A DNA stretch of 64,000 bases, taken from positions 128,001 to 192,000 of the forward strand of contig CAVYTU010000015.1 in NCBI GenBank assembly GCA_963771465.1, read 5' to 3'. Made by a program: the position numbers and the translations under genes. The first letter of the stretch is position 1. The number at the start of each line of letters is the position of its first letter. The stretch comes from an uncultured delta proteobacterium (lineage in GTDB: Bacteria; Desulfobacterota; Binatia; UBA9968). This document shows positions 11,181-18,973 of this stretch, one piece after another. The notes beneath the pieces were generated by a model, which saw nothing but the letters and a program-made list of their open reading frames with translations, was not told the DNA's origin and ran no database searches.

Positions 11181-11213
11181 AAAAAAAGGCGCGGTGAAAA
11201 CCGCGCCTTTTTT
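11181..11213. terminator. Bidirectional intrinsic terminator
   Basis: A-tract, AGGCGCGGT-GAAA-ACCGCGCCT stem-loop, T-tract, between convergent genes. Confidence 0.9.
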
Positions 11214-11238
11214 ATTCTTCTCGTATAGATTGAGCGGC

Positions 11239-11622
11239 CTACTCGCCCTTGGCCGGAACGAATTCCATTTTGGATAGAAAATTCTTCTCACCCTTGGTGA
11301 CATACTCCACGGTTGCTGATGATCCCAAGCCGACGTCCGCCATCTTAACTTTCGTCTCCTTGATTTCTGTGGCTTTGGTCTTTGCGTTGAAGTCCAGGGT
11401 GACGAGCTTGCCTTCCTTGGTTACTACGATCATGTAATTCTTCTCAGTATCTAGCAGACCTATATCACCCGCAATTTTCTCAGCCTTGGCTTTTGCCGGT
11501 TCGGCCTTCTTTTCTTCTGACTTTTTTTCTTCCGCCTTTTTTTCTTGCGCAATGACTGGCAGGGCGAGAACCCCCGCGACCAACAACGCGATCACAGCGG
11601 CAATCTTCGAATTGGCTCTCAT
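11239..11622 (-). CDS. Small exported protein, Lys/Glu-rich linker plus putative OB-fold-like domain (copy 1)
   Basis: Sec signal ending VIA-QE, EKK repeats, C-terminal beta-rich domain GDIGLLDTEKNYMIVVTKEGKLVTLDF...GLGSSATVEY; RBS AGGAGG. Confidence 0.85.
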   Translation of the reverse strand: MRANSKIAAVIALLVAGVLALPVIAQEKKAEEKKSEEKKAEPAKAKAEKIAGDIGLLDTEKNYMIVVTKEGKLVTLDFNAKTKATEIKETKVKMADVGLGSSATVEYVTKGEKNFLSKMEFVPAKGE

Positions 11623-12041
11623 TTCTGTTTCCTCCTGATTGATGACATGTCACGTAAAGTTCGGCAGCGCGTTACTCGCCCTTGGCCGGCAGGAATTCGA
11701 TGCTTGATGCGAGGTTCTTTTCGCCTTCCTTAGTGTATTGAACCGTGGCCGATGACCCGAGACCGATATCGGCGACCTTAGCAGGCTCAAAGTCTTTCTG
11801 CGTCGGCTGAAACTTGGCATCGAAATCGAGCGTCACGAGCTTGCCTTCCTTTGTGACCAGAATCATGTAGTTCTTTTCCGTGTCGAGCAACCCGACATCG
11901 CCCGCCAACTTGGTCGCCTTGGCCTTTTCTGCCGCCTTTTCTCCCGGAGCTTTTTCCGCCGGAGCTTTGGCTTCGGCTTTTGCCGCAGGCGCCGGCGCGG
12001 GTGCTGGTTTTGGCGCCATCTCCTCTTGCGTCGAACAGGAC
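11239..12041 (-). repeat. Direct repeat copy 1 (~800 bp, two-gene operon)
   Basis: Aligns to 14336-15138 at constant offset 3097 with about 5 substitutions counted by eye and no indels. Confidence 0.95.
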
Positions 12042-12097
12042 GCAAGCGCAAACAAAGAAGCCGCCGCTAGTGCGCCGGTTGAAAACAAATTTTTCAT
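11672..12097 (-). CDS. Small lipoprotein, Pro/Ala/Lys linker plus the same domain (copy 1)
   Basis: ATG 12097 after GGAGG; lipobox LAS-C; C-terminal domain paralogous to the neighbouring gene, both ending PAKGE. Confidence 0.85.
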   Translation of the reverse strand: MKNLFSTGALAAASLFALASCSTQEEMAPKPAPAPAPAAKAEAKAPAEKAPGEKAAEKAKATKLAGDVGLLDTEKNYMILVTKEGKLVTLDFDAKFQPTQKDFEPAKVADIGLGSSATVQYTKEGEKNLASSIEFLPAKGE

Positions 12098-12210
12098 CTG
12101 ACCTCCGTACAAAACTAGGATTTACCTGGGATTGTGAGGATACTTATCGTGAGCCTGTTGTCATCTCAATACGCTTTAGGTAGGATTTTTCTCGCTCAGC
12201 CTCTGATTGA

Positions 12211-12226
12211 TACGACTCAAGTCTTA
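12211..12226. promoter_or_regulatory. Putative response-regulator box
   Basis: TACGACTCAAGTCTTA (reverse complement TAAGACTTGAGTCGTA) in the divergent intergenic region; near-identical to boxes at 15220 and 15240. Confidence 0.6.
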
Positions 12227-12332
12227 ACCCATCGCTGCGACTAAATAAAAATGTTCATTTGCATGACTAGAAATTTGGTATATGTCTACTAGCGCTACGA
12301 CTAGAGACGGAACAGTAGCGGGAGAACTGAAG

Positions 12333-13007
12333 ATGTCACCGATTAAAGCCGTAATAGCCGACGATCACGCGTTATTTCGCGACGGACTAAGAAAGCTTCT
12401 CGCGCTCGAAAAGGACATCCTCGTTGTTGGCGAAGTTTCGAATGGCGATGATATCGGCAAAGTCGTCGAGCGGATAAAGCCCGACATCATGCTCTTGGAT
12501 CTAAAAATGCCTAAGGGCGACATGGTACAGAACCTTCTCGAAATCGCGGCACACAGCCCAGCGACTCGGGTTATGATCCTGACCGCCTTCTCTGATGAAG
12601 AAAACGTTCTCAATGCCGCCAAAGGCGGCGCCAAAGGCTACGTCACCAAGGGCGTGCCCTCGGCGACGCTGGTTCAAGCGATCAAAATCGTCTATGGCGG
12701 CGGCATTTGGGTCGACAAGGAAATTCCCTCCTGGGAGATATTTGAAGAAATCGCGCAGGCGCAATCGCAGTCGCAATCCCAAATCCGCGACGCGGCGCCG
12801 CAGGTGGACGAGAGCATCAAAGCGTTAACCAAACGGGAGTTGGAGATCCTACGGCTCGTCGCCGAAGGCCTGACCAACGAGGAGATCGGCAAGAAGATCT
12901 TCATCAGCGAAAAAACCGTCAAAACTCATCTTACGAATATATTCGACAAGCTAAAAGTGAATAACAGATTCAAAGCAGCGCTCATGTTGATGGGCCATGC
13001 ACACTAA
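12333..13007 (+). CDS. NarL/LuxR-family response regulator
   Basis: IADDH, LLDLKMP receiver; LTKRELEIL...GLTNEEIG...SEKTVKTH HTH; ATG 12333 follows GGAGA (ORF extends to 12282). Confidence 0.95.
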   Translation: MSPIKAVIADDHALFRDGLRKLLALEKDILVVGEVSNGDDIGKVVERIKPDIMLLDLKMPKGDMVQNLLEIAAHSPATRVMILTAFSDEENVLNAAKGGAKGYVTKGVPSATLVQAIKIVYGGGIWVDKEIPSWEIFEEIAQAQSQSQSQIRDAAPQVDESIKALTKRELEILRLVAEGLTNEEIGKKIFISEKTVKTHLTNIFDKLKVNNRFKAALMLMGHAH

Positions 13008-13074
13008 GCTGAACTAGTGGCGCAAAAGAAAAAAGAACTTACCGCGGTTTCGTTTCCGAAAGCCAATTTCAAGC

Positions 13075-14265
13075 ATGGCGTTTAGCGAGAAACCCGCGAT
13101 CGAGCAAGACTGGATTCTGCGGAGGGAAAAGGCGGTAACTTGGCTCCGCGTTGGATTCGCCGCGGTCGCCATCGCGGTCATCCAACTTAACCCGGACCGA
13201 GTCGCGCACTTTCCATCTCTTTCGGCTTTTACGCTTTGGTCGTTTTTCCTATACAGCGTCGTCGCGCTCTATTTGAGTTCGGAGAACTGGCGCAAAGCCA
13301 GCCGCATCGGTGCAATCTCCACATCGCTGGACGTTGTTTGGATCGCCCTGATCGTTTTCTCTACCGGCGGCACGCGCACGCCGTTTTTTTTCTACTATAC
13401 CTTTCCGGTCATTACCGCGGGTTTACGTTGGGGTTTAAGAGGGAGCGTCCCCGTCGCGTTCATCGGCGTCGTCGTCTACGCCATCATGCGTCTGACCTTG
13501 ACCGCCGAATCCGGCGATTCGCCGATCGAAATAGACACCATTGTCGTGCGCAGCTTCTATCTGATTTTGCTCGGGTGCGTATTCGGCTACATCAGTGAAT
13601 TCGAGAAAAAACAGAATCAAAAACTCCTCGCCCTCTCGAAAACCGCAGGGCAAGTCGCCGCCTTGCAGGAACGGCGACGGATTATGTACGAGCTGCACGA
13701 CGGGATTCTGCAGTCCCTGGCAACATTAATTTTACGCCTGGAAGGATGCCGCAGCCGGATGCCGCAATCCGAGGCGGAGATCGATCGAGAGCTCCGAGAT
13801 ATCGAAGAATTGACGCGCAGCTCGATGAAAGAAATTCGCCAGTTTCTTGCCGGCAGGGATACCCATCCACTGATCCACGGCACGCTCAGTGAACGAGTGC
13901 GCGATGAGTTGCAATTTTTGCGCGACGGATTGGGCGTAGGAGCGATCCTAGAAACCGAACCGGAAGATCTCGAACTGCCGCCTGATGTAGAACGGGAAGT
14001 CTATTATGTTCTTCGCGAAGGGTTGACCAATATCACGCGTCACTCGCACGCGGCGTGCGCCGAAATACACTTGCGCCAGCGCGAAAAAACTCTTGAAGGA
14101 ACGTTAGTCGATGATGGTGTCGGAATGAATCTTCAGTCCAACAGCCCCGTTCACGGCGTGGGACTAAGTAGCATGAAGGAACGAATCGAAAAACTCGGGG
14201 GAGAATTTGTGATCAAATCCTCCCCCGGAACCGGAACAAAAATTACTTTTTCACTGCCGCTTTGA
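13075..14265 (+). CDS. Membrane-embedded sensor histidine kinase (HisKA_3 type)
   Basis: About 5-6 TM helices with no large periplasmic domain; ERRRIMYELHDGILQ H-box, EGLTNITRHS, DDGVG, GVGLSSMKER. Confidence 0.95.
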   Translation: MAFSEKPAIEQDWILRREKAVTWLRVGFAAVAIAVIQLNPDRVAHFPSLSAFTLWSFFLYSVVALYLSSENWRKASRIGAISTSLDVVWIALIVFSTGGTRTPFFFYYTFPVITAGLRWGLRGSVPVAFIGVVVYAIMRLTLTAESGDSPIEIDTIVVRSFYLILLGCVFGYISEFEKKQNQKLLALSKTAGQVAALQERRRIMYELHDGILQSLATLILRLEGCRSRMPQSEAEIDRELRDIEELTRSSMKEIRQFLAGRDTHPLIHGTLSERVRDELQFLRDGLGVGAILETEPEDLELPPDVEREVYYVLREGLTNITRHSHAACAEIHLRQREKTLEGTLVDDGVGMNLQSNSPVHGVGLSSMKERIEKLGGEFVIKSSPGTGTKITFSLPL

Positions 14266-14335
14266 CGCTGCGCCAAGCGGGTATTAACAGTTAAAAGTTG
14301 ACCGCCGCATCAGACTTAAAATAGTGGTCCGTCAG

Positions 14336-14719
14336 CTACTCGCCCTTGGCCGGAACGAATTCCATTTTGGATAGAAAATTCTTCTCACCCTTGGTGACAT
14401 ACTCCACGGTTGCTGATGATCCCAAGCCAACGTCCGCCATCTTAACTTTCGTCTCCTTGATTTCTGTGGCTTTGGTCTTTGCGTTGAAGTCCAGGGTGAC
14501 GAGCTTGCCTTCCTTGGTTACTACGATCATGTAATTCTTCTCAGTATCTAGCAGACCTATATCACCCGCAATTTTCTCAGCCTTGGCTTTTGCCGGTTCG
14601 GCCTTCTTTTCTTCTGACTTTTTTTCTTCCGCCTTTTTTTCTTGCGCAATGACTGGCAGGGCGAGAACCCCCGCGACCAACAACGCGATCACAGCGGCAA
14701 TCTTCGAATTGGCTCTCAT
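14336..14719 (-). CDS. Small exported protein (copy 2)
   Basis: 127 aa, identical translation to 11239-11622. Confidence 0.85.
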   Translation of the reverse strand: MRANSKIAAVIALLVAGVLALPVIAQEKKAEEKKSEEKKAEPAKAKAEKIAGDIGLLDTEKNYMIVVTKEGKLVTLDFNAKTKATEIKETKVKMADVGLGSSATVEYVTKGEKNFLSKMEFVPAKGE

Positions 14720-15138
14720 TTCTGTTTCCTCCTGATTGATGACATGTCACGTAAAGTTCGGCAGCGCGTTACTCGCCCTTGGCCGGCAGGAATTCGATGC
14801 TTGATGCGAGGTTCTTTTCGCCTTCCTTAGTGTATTGAACCGTGGCCGATGACCCGAGACCGATATCGGCGACCTTAGCAGGCTCAAAGTCTTTCTGCGT
14901 CGGCTGAAACTTGGCATCGAAATCGAGCGTCACGAGCTTGCCTTCCTTTGTGACCAGAATCATGTAGTTCTTTTCCGTGTCGAGCAACCCGACATCGCCC
15001 GCCAACTTGGTCGCCTTGGCCTTTTCTGCCGCCTTTTCTTCCGGAGCTTTCTCCGCCGGAGCTTTGGCTTCGGCTTTTGCCGCTGGCGCCGGCGCGGGTG
15101 CTGGTTTTGGCGCCATCTCCTCTTGCGTGGAACAGGAC
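14336..15138 (-). repeat. Direct repeat copy 2 (~800 bp)
   Basis: Near-identical to 11239-12041; identity starts exactly at the stop codon and fades at the lipobox. Confidence 0.95.
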
Positions 15139-15200
15139 ACAAGCGCGAAAATTGCCGTCACCGCTGCGGTCGAGCCGACCATTGAGATAATTTTTTTCAT
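14769..15200 (-). CDS. Small lipoprotein (copy 2, different signal peptide)
   Basis: MKKIISMVGSTAAVTAIFALVS-C; mature part differs from copy 1 by one residue (G/E). Confidence 0.85.
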   Translation of the reverse strand: MKKIISMVGSTAAVTAIFALVSCSTQEEMAPKPAPAPAPAAKAEAKAPAEKAPEEKAAEKAKATKLAGDVGLLDTEKNYMILVTKEGKLVTLDFDAKFQPTQKDFEPAKVADIGLGSSATVQYTKEGEKNLASSIEFLPAKGE

Positions 15201-15219
15201 TGTTGCCTCTCCAAGATTT

Positions 15220-15281
15220 TAAGACTTAAGTCGGGTGTATAAGTCATAAGTCGTATACTTTACGTTGCCAAGTATTGTCAA
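15220..15281 (-). promoter_or_regulatory. Two tandem regulator boxes overlapping a putative sigma70 promoter
   Basis: TAAGACTTAAGTCGGG (15220-15235) and TAAGTCATAAGTCGTA (15240-15255), 20 bp apart; minus strand TTGACA-N18-TATACG (15281-15252). Confidence 0.6.
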
Positions 15282-15387
15282 GCGGATAAAAAGGGATTTT
15301 TCAAAGTTAGCGTCGAGCGAATGGGCTTCGCCGCTACCAGGAAATCAGACGTCGGATTATTGCCTCCAGCCGATGGCACAATCTTTT

Positions 15388-15985
15388 CTAGAGGGTTGGC
15401 CGCGGACGAATTTCAACGAAACGGTCGCGACGATTTCGTTGGTAACAAGCCTCCGAGGCTTCTCGGCACGCCGTCAGTTCCTCACCATAACTGATGGTTT
15501 CATGCGCGCCGGATTGACCGCTAACACCGCGAAATAATCCATCGCTGAGCGCGCTCGTTTCGCCCCAAGCGCTAAATTATATTCCGTCGTGCCGCGCTCG
15601 TCGCAGTGACCTTCGATCTCGACAGTGTAGCGGGATTCGCTTTAAGCCAGTCGGCGTTCGTCTTGAGCATCGCTCGTGCGTCAGCATTCAACGCGAAGCT
15701 GTCGAAATCGAAGTAGATCGATTTCATCGGCCCTTCGGCCGCCGCCTTACCGTCGCGCAGCGCATCCAAGCTGGACCCCGTGCGGGCGTCGCGCGCCGAG
15801 AGATCGGATTGCCCTGGAACAGGCTTGTTCGGAGTTTTCGCAAGAACCGGAGTTGCAGCTGCGCTGGCGGCAGGCTGCGGTTTTTTGGCGGTCTCGGCCG
15901 CACACCCGCCGATAAAGAGCGCCACAAAGATCGTCAGCACGCATCTGATACTCTTCAACCAAAATTTAGTCGGCTTGTTCTTCAT
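15388..15985 (-). pseudogene. pal: Peptidoglycan-associated lipoprotein (Pal/OmpA-C) with two -1 frameshifts
   Basis: Lipobox IGG-C, IYFDFDS; after a shift near 15625 reads [24 protein letters not shown]; after a shift near 15500 reads TISYGEE...C...CYQRNRR to TAG at 15388. Confidence 0.85.
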
Positions 15986-16099
15986 AAGCCCTCCTTGCAA
16001 AGTTTCTGACAAAATATAATTTGTAAATCACTGGCAATTATTTTTTACGCCTTAAGGAGCACAATATCAAACCAAAGTCGCAGTTACTGCTCGACCCTG

Positions 16100-16276
16100 G
16101 TTGGTTTCGCCGCCGTCACCATCGTGCTTTTCTCGGAACACCGCATCGTTTCACCGAATGACTTTTCACGGATCAATCGCGCTTTCTTTGACTACAACGC
16201 CTACGTCAGTATCGGCCACATTCTCGCCACTCTCACCGACTCCATCCTGAACTCCAGAGGCGGCACCATGCGATGA
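16100..16276 (+). pseudogene. 3' remnant of a UbiA/MqnP-type prenyltransferase
   Basis: No start codon; reads VGFAAVTIVLFSEHRIVSPNDFSRINRAFFDYNAYVSIG...LTD, resembling the EH..V.P.D.SR.N.AFF C-terminus of MqnP-like proteins; stop overlaps the tauE start (ATGA). Confidence 0.7.
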
Positions 16277-17061
16277 GCCTAACGCTCGTCGCCACTTTAG
16301 TCGGTCTCGGCGCAGCCGGAGGCTTTTCCGCCGGCCTTTTAGGAGTCGGCGGCGGTGTGTTGATGTTTCCGTTGCTCTATTACGTCCCGCCCTTGCTTGG
16401 CATTGACCGTATGGATGCCAAGACGGTCGCCGCCATTGTTGTGAGTCAGGTGTTTTTTTCTACGCTTACGGGCGGCATCGCACATTTCCGCAGTGGCCGA
16501 GTACAAACCCGCATGGCCGTAACCGCCGGGATAATTTCCGCCATCACCGCGTTTGCCGGCAGCGTCGCCTCCCAATGGGCGTCCGAACGGTTCCTGCTCG
16601 TGTTGTTCGGCGTCGTCACGGTTATAGTCGTAGTCATGATGCTCTTGCCTGTCCCGAGCAGGAAAAGAACACGGCCGTCGGCGATGTCAGCGTACCATCC
16701 TTGCCGCTTGCCGTTTACTCGTCCTCTGACGGGCATCGTCATCGGATTTTTGGGTGCCGGCAACTTCATCTTTGTGCCGATTTTAATTTATCTCCTACGG
16801 GTGCCGACGCGAACTGCAATCGGCAGTAACCTCGTAGTCGCGATCATGAGTACGGCGAGCGGATTTCTCGGCAAACTGGTAACCGGCCAAATTCCATTGC
16901 TCGCCGCGGTGCTCGTGGTTGCCGGCGCCGTATTGGGCGCATTAGCGGGAGAACGTGTTCATAGACGCCTTTCGAGCGAGACGCTGCGGCGAATCTATGC
17001 CGCGCTGGTCGCTCTCATCGCTATCAGAATCTGGCTCACGATTCTCGGATTGGACAGTTAA
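16273..17061 (+). CDS. Sulfite exporter TauE/SafE family membrane protein
   Basis: AGLLGVGGG motif, second repeat GFLGAG..FVPIL...P.RTAIGSNL; segment ~16657-16725 appears to be read in the wrong frame between compensating indels. Confidence 0.85.
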   Translation: MSLTLVATLVGLGAAGGFSAGLLGVGGGVLMFPLLYYVPPLLGIDRMDAKTVAAIVVSQVFFSTLTGGIAHFRSGRVQTRMAVTAGIISAITAFAGSVASQWASERFLLVLFGVVTVIVVVMMLLPVPSRKRTRPSAMSAYHPCRLPFTRPLTGIVIGFLGAGNFIFVPILIYLLRVPTRTAIGSNLVVAIMSTASGFLGKLVTGQIPLLAAVLVVAGAVLGALAGERVHRRLSSETLRRIYAALVALIAIRIWLTILGLDS

Positions 17062-17074
17062 CTATGGTTTGAAT

Positions 17075-17380
17075 TCGCGGCCCGCGCCCTTCGCGTGACG
17101 AGAGATCGAGATGCCTGCGGTTGCTTTGCTCGGAGCTACCGTGGGCCTGGAGTGGTTAAAGCGGTGGCGGCGCCCTACGGGTTTTTCGCGGCCGCGGTCG
17201 CACGACCACCGATCAATAGCGCCGCGAAGATTGTAAGCGCGCACGCTTGTGTTGCACCGAAAATCTCTTCGCCTGGTTCTCCAGAAGCTCTCCTGCCAAA
17301 TTTCTTGTCGTCACCGTGACGCGCTCATCACCGACAAATCCTTTTGGCTAGAGGAGCGAGATTTCAAACTAAAGTCGCAT
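17075..17380 (-). pseudogene. Second, heavily decayed copy of the pal-like gene 5' end and upstream region
   Basis: Aligns to ~15780-16082; ATG changed to CTG, 1-nt deletion, lipobox Cys TGT to CGT, CAG to TAG; upstream AGGAGC-N6-TCAAACYAAAGTCGCA is shared. Confidence 0.75.
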
Positions 17381-17428
17381 TGAGAGCAGTAGAAATCACC
17401 ACCTCCATGCGCTACTACCCTTGGCAAA

Positions 17429-18838
17429 TCACTTCGCCAGTTCTTTTTGGACGTAGCCGATCAATTCGGCAATCACGCTAGTATACAACTCGCGGCTCTC
17501 CCGGCTGCGTAAAGCGCTGTGTAGCGGCAGCTCGATGTGAAAGCTTTGGCGCGCCAAGCCCAGAATGCCACGGTACTTGGCTGGCCATGCGCCGATCTCG
17601 ATCTGATCGAAAGGCTCGATCAGCAGGTCAACTGGATCGGTGCCGATGGTATCGATCAACAGCCGGTCTCGGATGCGCTTGTAAGCCTCTTTGATCCGCA
17701 ACGCCTGTCGAGCGTCAACTCCAACCGTCGCCACCTGAATTGTCGTGTCGTAGCCATATTGATGCACGTCGAAATGAAGTCGAAGATTGCCGCCCGCCGC
17801 ATCCAGGGCTGTTTTTTTGAACGCTGTAAAAATTTCTCGTGAACGCGAGCTACTCACTTCGAAGTCCGGCGTTAGGTAGCTTTTTTCCGTCGGACGATTG
17901 ACGTTGATACGCCAACCGCCGGCTTCCGTCGGACTAAAACCGCGCGCAATCACGGTTGCCAATCCGGTGCGATATCCCAACTGCTCGACGATCTCAGCCG
18001 TGTATTCATCGTAAGTGCCATGCGGCGCGCCAATGACAACCCCAGTGATGCCTTTGCGTGATCGGATCAAGTCCAATCGTCCAAAGTCCATGACTGTTAC
18101 TTCTATCTGAGGCCGCTGCCGAGAGTTATCGCGCGTGATCCGTTCGACAGCTTTCACCCAGGCCGTGAGAATCTCCCCGTAAACGCCCAAATTAGCCCCA
18201 GAGAGAAGTTTTTCAGGGACACTGAGACTCAGGCCCTTCTCGGCAACCAATAACACTCCATGATGCTTTAACCCTGATCCAGGCCAACTTATCGCCGAGA
18301 GCGGATCAAGCGATATCGACATTTTGCCGATAGCTTTCGAATCGATGACTCGGTCACGGATGTCGAGGTAGGATTGCTTGATTTGCTCAACTTCTTCAAT
18401 GCTAAATCCGCTTGTCACGACCTGCAAGCCTTCACTCGCGCCAGCGGGACGTTGACGGACACCTACATAGAAATCGATATCTAATTGGGTAATACGCCGG
18501 AGAATTTGTTTGAACTCTGCGAAAACGCTGCGCGGCTGCGCGAGATCGCTAAACACCGGCAGGTACGGATGGGATCGAATGAGCGGTCGTTCAACGCTAA
18601 CTTGCCTCGACTTAAACCCATACGCCGCGACAAACCCTACCCCCATGCGCTCGCTGATTTGACGAGCTAAAGCGACCGTCGCTGGTGCACTGCCACCATG
18701 GGGGGCACCGACAACCATCCCTTTCATCCCAGGCTCGGGCTCACGGTATTCAAAGTAGCCGAGACCGTCGACCTCGTAACGCGTTGTCGGAAAATTAGTC
18801 GCGCAGCCGACGAGCAATGCAAGGAAAGTGAGCACCAA
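17429..18838 (-). CDS. Lipoprotein with two tandem N-formylglutamate amidohydrolase/Zn-exopeptidase-like domains
   Basis: Lipobox LVG-C; repeated VVGAPHG and VVIGAPHG...VNRPTE...FDVH; family assignment is inference. Confidence 0.55.
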   Translation of the reverse strand: MVLTFLALLVGCATNFPTTRYEVDGLGYFEYREPEPGMKGMVVGAPHGGSAPATVALARQISERMGVGFVAAYGFKSRQVSVERPLIRSHPYLPVFSDLAQPRSVFAEFKQILRRITQLDIDFYVGVRQRPAGASEGLQVVTSGFSIEEVEQIKQSYLDIRDRVIDSKAIGKMSISLDPLSAISWPGSGLKHHGVLLVAEKGLSLSVPEKLLSGANLGVYGEILTAWVKAVERITRDNSRQRPQIEVTVMDFGRLDLIRSRKGITGVVIGAPHGTYDEYTAEIVEQLGYRTGLATVIARGFSPTEAGGWRINVNRPTEKSYLTPDFEVSSSRSREIFTAFKKTALDAAGGNLRLHFDVHQYGYDTTIQVATVGVDARQALRIKEAYKRIRDRLLIDTIGTDPVDLLIEPFDQIEIGAWPAKYRGILGLARQSFHIELPLHSALRSRESRELYTSVIAELIGYVQKELAK

Positions 18839-18909
18839 CAGGATTTTGAGTCACCAATCGCTCAAAAAAGCGGGATTTGTCATGCAAGGGAACTGCGGTC
18901 ACCAAACCC

Positions 18910-18954
18910 AAAAATAGAAAGAGGGGGAAGCCATTTCTGACTCCCCCCTCTTTC
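18910..18954 (-). terminator. Intrinsic terminator of the porin gene
   Basis: GAAAGAGGGGGAAG / CTCCCCCCTCTTTC stem followed by a T-rich tract on the minus strand. Confidence 0.75.
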
Positions 18955-18973
18955 GTTATGGCCTAAGTTTTGA

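Noticed and set aside
12758-12786. Gln-Ser repeat in the response-regulator linker as a phase-variable tract
   Set aside because: Codons are imperfect and the unit is in frame; ordinary low-complexity linker
11239-15138. 800-bp direct repeats as IS elements of a composite transposon
   Set aside because: The repeats encode exported proteins; no transposase, terminal inverted repeats or target duplication
15374-15389. TGGCAC as a sigma54 promoter
   Set aside because: No GC at the -12 position (TGGCACAATCTTTTCT) and no plus-strand gene follows
18851-18853. In-frame TGA as selenocysteine
   Set aside because: It lies in a signal-peptide n-region, not a catalytic site, and I see no SECIS-like hairpin after it
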